DNA of 13,216 bases from Octopus sinensis (GCF_006345805.1 NW_021826301.1:1-13216), one strand, 5' to 3'; counted from the stretch's first letter, positions 1 through 9,766 are shown. Notes: a model not told the origin generated them from the letters alone. Numbers and translations: made by a program.

Positions 1-208
1 AAAGTTGCAAAGGACGTCAAAATTGAAGGAAACGTGTTGCTCTCTTGTGCATGAGTATCGACCTGAAACAGGTAAGAAAAAAGAAAAACAAATGCCAAGA
101 CCCACTCTACGCTATGGATGCGGAGGTTTACATTTTCAAGGTAACTGTCCTTTTAAAAACCTAAAATGTTTTGAGTGTAGAAAAATCGGACATAAAAGCT
201 CATAATGT
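1..208 (+). mobile_element. Degenerate gag C-terminus with two zinc knuckles, Ty3/gypsy-type LTR retrotransposon remnant
   Basis: Frame of ORF 5..205 reads (R)YGCGGLHFQGNCPFKNLKCFECRKIGHKSS*C. This is the tandem Cx2Cx3Hx4C / Cx2Cx4Hx4C pattern of gypsy gag. The first Cys is mutated to Arg and a stop precedes the last Cys. No pol could be recognised downstream. Confidence 0.7.
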
Positions 209-581
209 ACTGAGAAGCAGAAGGAAAAGTAGAACGAAAAATGTTCTGGAAAGAACATTCTAAGAGAGGCTCAGGAAAAATTGATTACTGAAAATGGGGG
301 TCTTCAACAGTTTATTTAATAAACCTGGAAAAATGCTGGACATGAAGTATTCCCTGAATAAAAGACAACAGCTTAGAATATTGCAGCTAAAATAAAATTT
401 GAATGATTTTCCAATCACATAAATATTTAAATAAGCCATGCCATTCAATACCGATCATCCACCTTTCACCCAAATTATTTCACCATTGCTAAGCGTGACT
501 GTAAATAAATTTAAATTTATTTTAATATATGAAAATAAAATGATAACTGCCATAATATTTCGTCATTCATAAACAAACAAT

Positions 582-860
582 ATGTATGCATGGATGTATG
601 GATGGACGGATGGCTGTTTGTGTGTTTGTTTGTGTGCTTGTACGTGCGTGTATATATGTGTTAGTATATTTATTTACGTATTCCTGTACAAGACATACGT
701 AAATAAATTGATAGGCTCGCTTTTATATAGCACACACACACACACGTATGCGTGTGTGTGTGTGTGAGAGAGAGAAAGAGTGTGAGTTTGTGTTTGTATG
801 TGTATGCGTGTGAAAATGTAATATATATGTAGCATATTATACACACACATATACATTTAG
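582..860. repeat. Compound (TG)n/(CA)n/(TA)n/(GA)n microsatellite region
   Basis: Dinucleotide runs are visible directly in the sequence. Confidence 0.9.
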
Positions 861-3273
861 ACACCAAATTGTAATATTTATGAAAATATTGATCTGTCAT
901 AATGAAAGAAAGCAAATGATCGACGTCCTGGAATAATTCCAAAAACCATGAAAGAATTGTCTGAAATATGGAAACCAAGAACAATGAAGACTTCATTATC
1001 ATCGGCCCTGAGGAGTAAATATTGTTGAATATCTTTGTATGTCAGATGTTCAATATCTTCAGATGTTTGGGGTTCAATATGACCGGGTATTTGGTAAATG
1101 TTGTTATCACGCCTGTTATATAAACATATTCACCCATTGTGCTTAAACAAGGTCTGTAAATATAATCCTTATAATTTCCATGTGTTGGTAGCTTTATACT
1201 CCTCACCAAAACCTGTTCCCTGTACCGAGAGATAACATAGTGACTACCACTCCTCCACCACTCCTCCTCTTCCTCCCACTTCATAACAACAATATCACCA
1301 CCAGATGTCACTGTTATATCTAACATCCCTACCACCTCTACCTCATCATTCTCTACTACCCCACAGCACACTCCACCCCTATATTTACATGTGTCACTAT
1401 CAATATCAACTATTTCTACATAGTAGTAGTATTTGTCTCTTCCATTTTGAGTCCTGTCTCTAATATAATGACCACAACACACAAGTTGATTGCCATTGTT
1501 GCTATAAATCCTGTTGTAGTGTTTCTCAGTCTTGATGGTTTTTAAACGACAGAGATTTCCGTTGAAGAACATCAGTTGTTTACCAAATACAGCAACAAAG
1601 CTTTCTAGTGGTGGCGCTTGTTGTTGTGGTAGTTGTTTATGTTGAAGTATGTCGTCTGTTGTTGTGCTGATTAATGTGACAGTGTCTCTAAACATCAGCA
1701 CACTGACATTGTCATCTAACCTAACTAGTTGACTATTGTAGTCTCTACTCTCCTTGAAATTATAATCAACAGTCGCATCGTATGTGCGAATGGAGAGTTG
1801 AACCATTGCTGTCCTATGTGGCAGTCTCCTCATTGCTATTTCATCAATTCCTGGCATACACTCTGCAAAGTAATTACCACACCTCACCTTCAATCTGCTT
1901 CTACCAACTCTTTCACCTAATTTATCTCTTCTTCCAACTCTTCCTCCACTGTAATTCAATTTATTAATTAATTCATTACTGAGTATTTCGTTGTTCATCT
2001 GAGATGTAATGGAAGGGAAATGAAGATCGGAATTAAGCTTTAATAACGACATAGATTGCAGAACCTTCAGTTGGGCCTCATCAATCCTTACGATATGGCA
2101 TCATTCAATCAAGCTAACATGGACGCACCAGTAAATATTTCCCACATTTCTCCATATCACGCCGTAAGGTATTCGACTTTGCCAAACTCTATATTTCTGC
2201 AAATCTTGTTGCTTCAGTTGAAATATTTGCCGTCTGTTAGGGATTATCACCATTACGTCTCTTTCTTTTGTAAAACACACACCACCAACTAAACTTCCAG
2301 CATCTCTGTGACAAAGCAGCTGCCCGTCTCTGTCAACTATTTTGACATTGCCATTATTGGTTTTCTCACACACAACTGTTGCTCCTTCATCACAGATATC
2401 AATATATTTTACTTGAACTGGATATTTGTCTGTTTGTAAACGACAAACAGGGAATTTCTCCCGATTGACCATAAACAAACCTTCAACATACAATTCGTTA
2501 CTATTCCAACGGCTTCCAACAAACCTTGGCTCTTTACAGTTATACTGGAGAAATATAATTCTTCTTTATAAATTCTCTCATTTAAAAATATTCCGTTGTA
2601 TTCACCAGCCTGTGTCAAACACACGATGTTTTTCTATTCTCTGTAGTCACTTAAATATGTTTCCCAGCCACCATCAATGTACAAATAACTGTCGGCAATT
2701 GTCATCTTCTTACAAATGCTGATATATTTCATGTACTGTCTAATTGAATGTAAATACTGACCAACACTGTTGAAGAAAATGATGGACTTTCTCTTGCTGA
2801 CAATGATCTCATCATTAACAGTAACTGTAATATCACGGATGGGATCATTAATATCACCAACTGTGTTTCTTGTTATTAATGTTTCGGGTATGTCAATGTG
2901 TCCTACTTCGTTCACAATCGAATGTGTTTCATCAATATCAACGACATACAGACTACATTCATCTTCCCATCTACTACAAACCAGCTGATTGTTTGACAAA
3001 GAAGCGATGCATTTATATTTATATCTCGTCTGATAAACTAGCAACGACAATGGAAATTCCACTTTTAAAGCCAACAATCGATTTTTATTATCACCAGTTG
3101 TAATGTCAAGATGTTGACAATCAAATGTTAATATCTTAAAGTTGTTATTACTAATGTCGTATCCGGCAATCAGGTTATTTTCAGTAATAACCCAAAAATA
3201 AATCGCCACTGGTTGTTTGTCTGGAAAACCTGGAAAAACAACATCATGTCTAGCTTTATCAGAAACTGTCAAA

Positions 3274-3424
3274 TCCTGGCTCTTTACAGTTTATACTGGA
3301 GAAATATAATCCTTCTTTATAAATTCTCTCATTTAAAAATATTCCGTTGTATTCACGGATGGGATCATTAATATCACCAACTGTGTTTCTTGTTATTAAT
3401 GTTTCGGGTATGTCAATGTGTCCT
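3274..3424. repeat. 147-bp composite insertion: copies of ~2520-2606 and ~2834-2905 joined at TCAC, flanked by TCCT direct repeats
   Basis: 3270-3356 matches 2520-2606 and 3353-3425 matches 2833-2905 almost exactly. TCCT occurs at 3274-3277 and 3421-3424. Confidence 0.9.
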
Positions 3425-3659
3425 AGAAGACAACATTTCACTGACACAGATGTTTCTAGAAAATACATTTACCAGGTCGATATACATGTTGACTTCGTTA
3501 TTTGTAACATGATCAATCACCACTAAGTCAAGTTCATTTATAGCAAACATACGACCGTTTTCTGTCAGATAGACAACCATTTTATCAATACATCCGCCAG
3601 AGAGATTAGGAGGAGCTTTCACTTTTAACAGCAAAAACCTGGAAACCATCTTACAACAA

Positions 3660-3680
3660 CTACTGCTGCTGCTGCTGCCG

Positions 3681-3719
<39 letters not shown>

Positions 3720-3759
3720 TACTACTACTACTGCTGCTGCGCTGCTGCTGCTGCTGCTG

Positions 3760-3803
<44 letters not shown>
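3660..3803 (-). repeat. Compound (TAC)n/(TGC)n trinucleotide repeat, poly-Ser (AGT/AGC) in the pseudogene frame
   Basis: Minus strand reads ...NTSINGDD-S(n)...SSCCKMVSRF. Two 1-bp slips lie inside the tract. Confidence 0.85.
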
Positions 3804-3804
<1 letters not shown>

Positions 3805-5754
3805 TCATCACCATTAATACTAGTGTTATACCGAAATACTTTTTTCCTTGTAACAATTAATAGCTTTAGTTTTCATTTTCTATTGCTAATGATTTCACTA
3901 CAAAAGGGATATTAATTATATAAATTATCCAGCTGACACACCCGTACATAAGGCTGGCTTAATGATACAGTTCTAACTGCCTTTGACAGGTTCCCAATAA
4001 CCAGTAATTGTTTTTCTAAGCGTAATGTGACACCAATTTGATTAGAATCCCATCGACATATATCTGTAGACGGCAGAGATAATCTGGACACAATGTCTCC
4101 TTCCTGAGAAATGTATAACAAGCAATCATGGTCGATGTCGGACACCACCAACTGTCCATTGGCCAAAGGACATATTTCGCCAATGAGAACTTTGTCATTC
4201 TCCTTTTCTTTGAGTCGTATATTTAGACTTTTTATGTGTGGATTTTCCATATGTAAAGAACAGCCAGACCAGCCATGATACCTGTAAAGAAGAACCCTGT
4301 TGAGTTCACCGTCCGGCACATAAACAGTTCCTTGGAAAACAGCAATGTGACGGTGAACAGGGAAAGGTAGTTCCTACTGCCATTTAATTCCTACTTATAC
4401 ATCGTAACATATCACAATAGACTCTCTCTGGAATAGGACATGAAAATAAACATTGTCAGAGTAGATGTGATGAGGGTAGCCAAAGAATGAAAGGTATTTT
4501 TCAAAAAGTTTTTCGCCAGTTAGGGAATGAAATGCCAATTTATTTTTTCTTCTGTCTGCGACTACAAAATTAACAGGAGTTGCAGCAATGGTGACATTAC
4601 CATGTCCCAGAGAAATTCTTCCTATTATGTCAACTAATTCTTCCTTAATTAATAGGATATGGATCTCCACTTTGTTTTCACTGGTGGTCAGAGCTAAACA
4701 TTTATTTGATACAATAGGACATATTTTAATGTAATCAGTGTCAAGCATTATCAAAGGGCCTTTGGTTAGTTCAGGACAGGTGATACACTGAAGTCCTTTC
4801 ATTTCGCGATAAAAGACTAGAAATGTGTTTGAGTTTAATCTGCAAATGAGAAAAGGATGGGAGACAAAAGTTAAAGTATTTTTGCTAATTATTTCTCCAG
4901 TATCATTGAATATTATAGCTTTCTTATTCCTGTCGATTATCAATATAGAAGATGTTGACTGAGATAGAATTTGTGCAATATTATAGCAATCCTCAATATA
5001 AATAGAGTTGTTGAAACATGGGCTACGTAGCTGGTTGCAGTGTGACAGACGGGGCCAAAAGTCTTCATTTGTTCCAATAGCATGAGGAACCCCGAAATAA
5101 TCGGTCAAGAAAATTGTATTTCTTCCAACGGAAATATACCGGCATTTCCTGCAAATTTCGCTCTTTGAAACAGCACCTGTACCTGAAATTCTGTAAATAA
5201 TATGTCCCTGGAGGACATAAAAATTGTTTTGGTACACGGTGATGTTGGTTGCTAGGTACAGAGAATGGATGTCTGCTTCAAATAACTGATGGCCATCCAA
5301 ATTACAACAGGATACTTTGCTAATGTTGGAAAATGCTATTAAAATTTTACTCTGCGGTCCTACAGCAATATCTGCTGGTACCTCTTTGACTATGTATTGT
5401 TTTCTAATTGTATTATCATCCCAATCAATAAGGTATATGGTCTTATCAAACATGTCTACACCTATAAATGTAGAATGTTGTAAATATGATACCAGGAAAA
5501 AAACCTAATTGAAGATTTTTTAATTTTAAAATTTGTGGGATTGATAATAAGAATCGTTTTCTTAAATGGAAGACTGGCTAGAACTGTGTCTTGTCCGATT
5601 CTGGTGATATCGGTGACAGATGATGGGCAATGAACATCATTTCTCCCACCATCCCTTGTCTCACAAGATATTGTCATACAATGGTGGGAATATGTTACTA
5701 TTCCCCCTTGAATGACAACAATATTGGATATAACATTGTGTACGTTCCTTTATG

Positions 5755-5783
5755 AAGCGGTGGTTGGGAACAGACACAGACAC
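5755..5783 (-). mobile_element. Possible short fragment of the same SINE-like family as 12785-13000
   Basis: Minus strand GTGTCTGTGTCTGTTCCCAACCACCGCTT resembles GTGTCTCTCCCCTACTACCGCTT at ~12788-12810. Both sit next to a (GT)-rich tract. The match is short. Confidence 0.35.
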
Positions 5784-5957
5784 GCATACACATATAGTTA
5801 TACATACATACACGCACACTTACAAAGACACACTCATACTACGCACAACACACAAACGCTCACACACATATACGCATCACCCATATACATAAAAAATATA
5901 CATATATGTATGTATGTATATATATATATATGTATATATATACATATATGTATATAT

Positions 5958-5994
<37 letters not shown>
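5784..5994. repeat. (CA)n grading into (TA)n microsatellite
   Basis: Direct inspection. Confidence 0.9.
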
Positions 5995-5996
<2 letters not shown>

Positions 5997-6223
5997 AGAA
6001 TATTAAAATTACTAAGTCTCTATAAAAGAGATTACGGCAGCGTTTACTGGAAATTAATTGTTATCGCCATATTAATATGGCATTCTTATAGATATAAGAA
6101 TAATCGCTGCTGCTGATCAGCTCCATGAAGCCACCGCCATCAAGATAACTATTGATACACGATCTGTATCCATTATAACCTTCGAACAAAGGAGGTCAGC
6201 CGCTTCACACTGCCAGTCCGACA

Positions 6224-6265
6224 GCTACAGACGCGTTTCGGGGTATTGCCCCTTGTCAATGTAGC
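6224..6265 (-). ncRNA. Type I hammerhead ribozyme, U3-A8 core variant (inverted copy)
   Basis: Minus strand: GCTACA-TTGACAA-GGGG caata CCCC-GAAACGCGTC-TGTAGC. Confidence 0.75.
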
Positions 6266-6600
6266 GCAGTCAGACCCGCAGGTGTCGCCACTGACGTCTC
6301 TGTTCGAAGGTTTCTATTTACCTAGTTATAATGGATACAGATCGTGTATCAATAGCTATCTTGATGGCGGTGGCCTCATGGAGCTGACCAGCGGCAGCGA
6401 TTATTCTTATATCTATAAGAATGCCATATTAATATGGCGATAACAATTAATTTCCAGTAAACGCTGTCGTAATCTCTTTTATAGAGACTTAGTAATTTTA
6501 ATATTTCTATTATTGAAAACAAGTGGATGCATTCCACTGAAACTAGGTAAATAGAACCTTCGAACAGAGACGTCAGTGGCGACACCTGCGGTCTGACTGC

Positions 6601-6641
6601 GCTACATTGACAAGGGGCATACCCCGAAACGCGTCTGTAGC
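6601..6641 (+). ncRNA. Type I hammerhead ribozyme, U3-A8 core variant
   Basis: Stem I GCTACA/TGTAGC, core TTGACAA (canonical CUGANGA), stem II GGGG-cata-CCCC, GAAAC, palindromic minimal stem III ACGCGT. Predicted cleavage is after GUC at 6635. Confidence 0.8.
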
Positions 6642-6813
6642 TGTCGGACTGGCAGTGTGAAGCGGCTGACCTCCCTTGTTCGAAGGTTATAATGGATACA
6701 ATCGTGTATCAATAGCTATCTTGATGGCGGTGGCCTCATGGAGCTGACCAGCGGCAGCGATTATTCTTATATCTATAAGAATGCCATATTAATATGGCGA
6801 TAACAATTAATTT

Positions 6814-6816
6814 ATA

Positions 6817-6907
<91 letters not shown>

Positions 6908-6909
6908 TT

Positions 6910-6946
<37 letters not shown>
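6814..6946. repeat. (TA)n microsatellite between the 3' ends of two HHR elements
   Basis: Direct inspection. Confidence 0.95.
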
Positions 6947-6950
<4 letters not shown>

Positions 6951-7075
6951 ATCAAATAAAAACATGATGCGAAGGATTCAGCGGTACATATGTTTCGGGC
7001 TTTATTAGACAGATTTATAACAATGCATAATGTATGTCTGTGGCCTTCTTCAGCCGCGCACAACAGCTTCCACAA
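6947..7075. repeat. ~130-bp terminal inverted repeat, partner at 11429-11559 (3' pLTR end)
   Basis: ATTGATCAAATAAAAACATGATGCGAAGG...CAGCTTCCACAA matches the reverse complement of 11429-11559. Confidence 0.95.
6981..7057 (-). ncRNA. Type I hammerhead ribozyme in PLE 3' pLTR (sense to the RT ORF)
   Basis: GCGG-CTGAAGA-aGGC...GCCc-GAAAC-ATAT-GTA-CCGC. Stem III palindrome ACATATGT. A-C mismatch at the base of stem II. Confidence 0.72.
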
Positions 7076-8861
7076 GGACATGTGTTACATCAAAAATTCT
7101 TGGTTGGGGTGCAAATCCTCTCATTCGCGTACGACATAATGCGGCAGCAGCATAGAATTGAAGCGTCCATCCTTTCTTCTCTCAATGTAGAATGAGTAAA
7201 TTTGGATGTTGAAGTAATGTAAATAAATAAATACATATATAGACGTGAAGATGGAGGGGCGAGAATTCAGGACGAGGGATAAAAAATGTATAAAAAGTGT
7301 AAGTATAGAAAATATAAAAATGTAGAGCATAAAGATATAAAGATATATAAGGAGATGTAAAGGGGGTATAAAGAATATAAAGAAATATAAAGAATATAAA
7401 TAAATGTAAAGGCATAAGGTTATAAAGTAAAAATAGAAATAGAAATAAAAGTAAAAGTAAAAAAATAAAGATGGAATAAACATGATAAAATGTAAAAAAA
7501 TATTAAAAAATATAAAGATAAGGGATGTATAGAGGTTACGGACCAACATGGTGGTCAGGAGATTGATAAAATTTAGTTGTAGAAGTTTTGGGTGGTCAAT
7601 AAATCAACAGTTTCGTCTGGGGACCTAATGTGTTGTAAATCAGAGCTGTTGAGCGTTTAATCTGGTTCTTTGAATTAATTGGTCATCTAGTACATACATA
7701 CCATCATGGATACATACACCCATATACACCGCGTACATATACGCCTCCAAGCCTATAAGCATACACACGCACTCGCGTGTAAACATGTACATAACAACAC
7801 ACACATCCACACGCGCACGCGCGTACATATACATACATACAACAGAATATCCGCATGTATACACGGACACTATACGTGTACACACCACTATGTACATACG
7901 TGCGCCCATCCCTACATACACATACGCATATGCCCACGCTTCCAGGTTTAGATATAAGATATTAAAGGATGTATATAAGAACGTATGTAAAGAATCACGC
8001 ACTCACGTCTACACGTGCACGCACACACGGCTGTGTGTCCATATGTGTGTGCACATATACACTTACATACACACCTAGAGACATACGCGCATATGGGTAT
8101 AGCTATAAGATTTAAAAGATGTATACAAATAGGTGTAAACATATGAATATAAGAAAACATGTAAAAAAAGAAATACGGGGTATGTACATCCAGACGTAGA
8201 TGTTTACTCGTACATATGTACATATATGTATACGTATACATACGTACACGGACGCTCGTATAATCATAAAGTGGATCCATATGTAAGTAAAGGATAAGCA
8301 AAAAAAAAAAGACATATATAGAGATGTAAAGCGATAAGTTAGGGGTAAAAATGAGGGTAAGGGTAAAAATTAGAAATAAAAGTAAGAAATACAGTATAAA
8401 ATAAGAAATACAATGTGATAGTTAGAAATGAAATATAAAAATTATAAAAATTATAAGAGTTAAGGTAAGGGATGAAAATAAAAATGAGAATAAATGGAAG
8501 TAAAATAAAAGTAAAAATAAAAGTAAAAATAAAAATATAATAAAATAAGATACAAATATAATTTGGTAAAGTTTAACATGAGATGAAGGTGGTTGAAAGT
8601 TAGAGGTGTGTGTTAAAGGTGCCCACGTAGGGGCGGGCGGGGGGAACTGAAAATTGGAAGGGTGGGAAGTGGAGTTTGGCGGTGTGCGTTCAACATCCGA
8701 GTTAGAAATGTGAAAGGGTATAGATATAGGGAAATAAAGAGACTATATAGGAAGGATATGGGTGTAGGAGAAGAAATATGTAGGGAAAAGAAGTCATATA
8801 TGGGAGACAAAATTTGTATATATAGGAGGAAAATGCAGGGAAACATATATGCACATACACA

Positions 8862-8905
<44 letters not shown>

Positions 8906-9067
8906 TATATATATATATATATATACATATACGTACACATATGTGCACATACATATATATACGCACACATATACGCATATACACGCACATATAGGAAAGC
9001 GGGATGTGCTGGAGCCGACAGGTTGCACCAGGTGGGAGGAAATTGCATGGGGGAGTTGGTATAAAAC

Positions 9068-9766
9068 CTAAGCTTTGTAGTATTTGAAAGTATTAATAAG
9101 TTTGTGTATACAGGATGGTTTGAACTCTGACCTTTTGTTAATAAGATTGTGTTTGTCTTTGAATTTCAAGATGTTCAGGAGTTCTACACAACATAGTTGG
9201 CATCCTGCTCTATTATTTAAATAAGGTGCAGCTGATCCGATGATGGACCACCTGAGTTTGAAGCCTATGCATTTGTCTTTTAATTCCCAAATTCGTTCAG
9301 AAAGGGAGGTGCTGTTAGCCTTATGTCTGTGTTTCAGTGAGGACCGGTGGTTGTAGTATCTGGATTTCCAGGAGGTTGAGCAACCTATGTAGGTGAGTGT
9401 GTTAAACTGGGTACTCACCTCACATGAATATATTACGTTTTTCGCCCTACATGCGCCCTGCAGCGGGCACTCTGATGCACATCTGCAGTTGCATTGCATT
9501 GCATTATTCGGTCGTGTGCTGCTAATCCCAGGCGGAGGTGTTGCAATACGAGTGGGGGCGTTGATATCCTCCTGGTTGTTGATGGGTGTAGTATTTCCTC
9601 TGTTGTGTTGGCGGGTGTTATTACTAACTGTTTGGGTAGTATGGCTGCCAGTCTGGTTATATTGCCTACTATCTAGATGAGGGGGGTTCTGTTGGTCGCT
9701 ATAGTTTGCTCTTGATCTAGCTGTTCTAATATTAATATAGTTATGTTTAGCTATGAGGCAGCTCAT
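9068..9766 (-). CDS. PLE linker plus GIY-YIG endonuclease (open C-terminal part of the disrupted PLE ORF)
   Basis: CNCRCASECPLQGAC, then VIY...YIG, SRYYNH, LSERIWELK, WSII...PY, CQLCCVE, LINKRSE...CIH. The frame continues upstream through one TAG (9818-9820) to RKYIWFNIPYN and IRISYSTLPNM. Confidence 0.85.
   Translation of the reverse strand: MSCLIAKHNYINIRTARSRANYSDQQNPPHLDSRQYNQTGSHTTQTVSNNTRQHNRGNTTPINNQEDINAPTRIATPPPGISSTRPNNAMQCNCRCASECPLQGACRAKNVIYSCEVSTQFNTLTYIGCSTSWKSRYYNHRSSLKHRHKANSTSLSERIWELKDKCIGFKLRWSIIGSAAPYLNNRAGCQLCCVELLNILKFKDKHNLINKRSEFKPSCIHKLINTFKYYKA

Larger units (their letters stand above)
878..5747 (-). pseudogene. Disrupted single-exon frame (~1,600 codons) encoding tandem NHL-like beta-propeller repeats
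   Basis: ORFs 5462..5677, 4395..5453, 3912..4319, 3413..3649, 2634..3272, 2409..2624, 2101..2493 and 1042..2052 join into one frame. Joins are by in-frame stops (4395-4397, 4374-4376, 3912-3914, 3873-3875, 2634-2636, 2101-2103) and small frameshifts (~5500 T-run, ~2541, ~1110, and within the 3660-3803 repeat). Blade-like motifs recur: DIAVGPQSKILIA, GQLVVSDIDHDCLLYISQEG, FVVADRRKNKLAFHSLTG, DITVTVNDEIIVS, DITVTSGGDIVV. Inferred stop at 878-880. The 5' boundary is uncertain. Confidence 0.75.
5995..6813 (+). mobile_element. Non-coding HHR element (retrozyme-like or non-autonomous PLE derivative): inverted copy plus ~1.35 tandem 361-bp units
   Basis: 6326-6452 repeats at 6687-6813 (period 361). 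5995-6178 is the reverse complement of 6326-6510, and 6177-6327 is the reverse complement of 6541-6688. It contains an HHR, has no credible ORF and is flanked by (TA)n on both sides. Confidence 0.8.

Noticed and set aside
209-480. Possible gypsy protease remnant after the gag knuckle
   Set aside because: No D(S/T)G motif or continuous frame could be traced.
582-1002. ORFs 582..767, 670..1002 and 674..856
   Set aside because: They are translations of microsatellites. The credible frame in 878-1110 is a different minus-strand frame ending at 878.
2101-2103. Programmed readthrough or selenocysteine at in-frame TGA stops of the propeller gene
   Set aside because: The stops are a mix of TAA, TAG and TGA and come with frameshifts, which indicates decay.
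3259-3468. ORF 3259..3468 as an independent gene
   Set aside because: It is the translation of the composite insertion plus flanks.
5747-5749. Splice acceptor (AAG/G) at the 5' edge of the propeller frame
   Set aside because: The polypyrimidine tract is weak and the site abuts a probable SINE fragment, so it may be a truncation point. Used only as an approximate boundary.
5995-6813. CRISPR array or MITE interpretation of the repeats
   Set aside because: There is no repeat-spacer periodicity and no cas genes, and the context is eukaryotic. The tandem plus inverted layout with an HHR fits retroelement integration better than TIR/TSD transposition.
7590-7660. GAAAC on the minus strand near 7610 as a fourth HHR
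   Set aside because: No CUGANGA-like core or closing stems were found at suitable spacing.
6812-9064. Many Y/I/C/V/H/T-rich ORFs (e.g. 7121..7549, 7640..8002, 8613..8990), also 11551..11986
   Set aside because: They are artefacts of stop-poor dinucleotide and low-complexity sequence.
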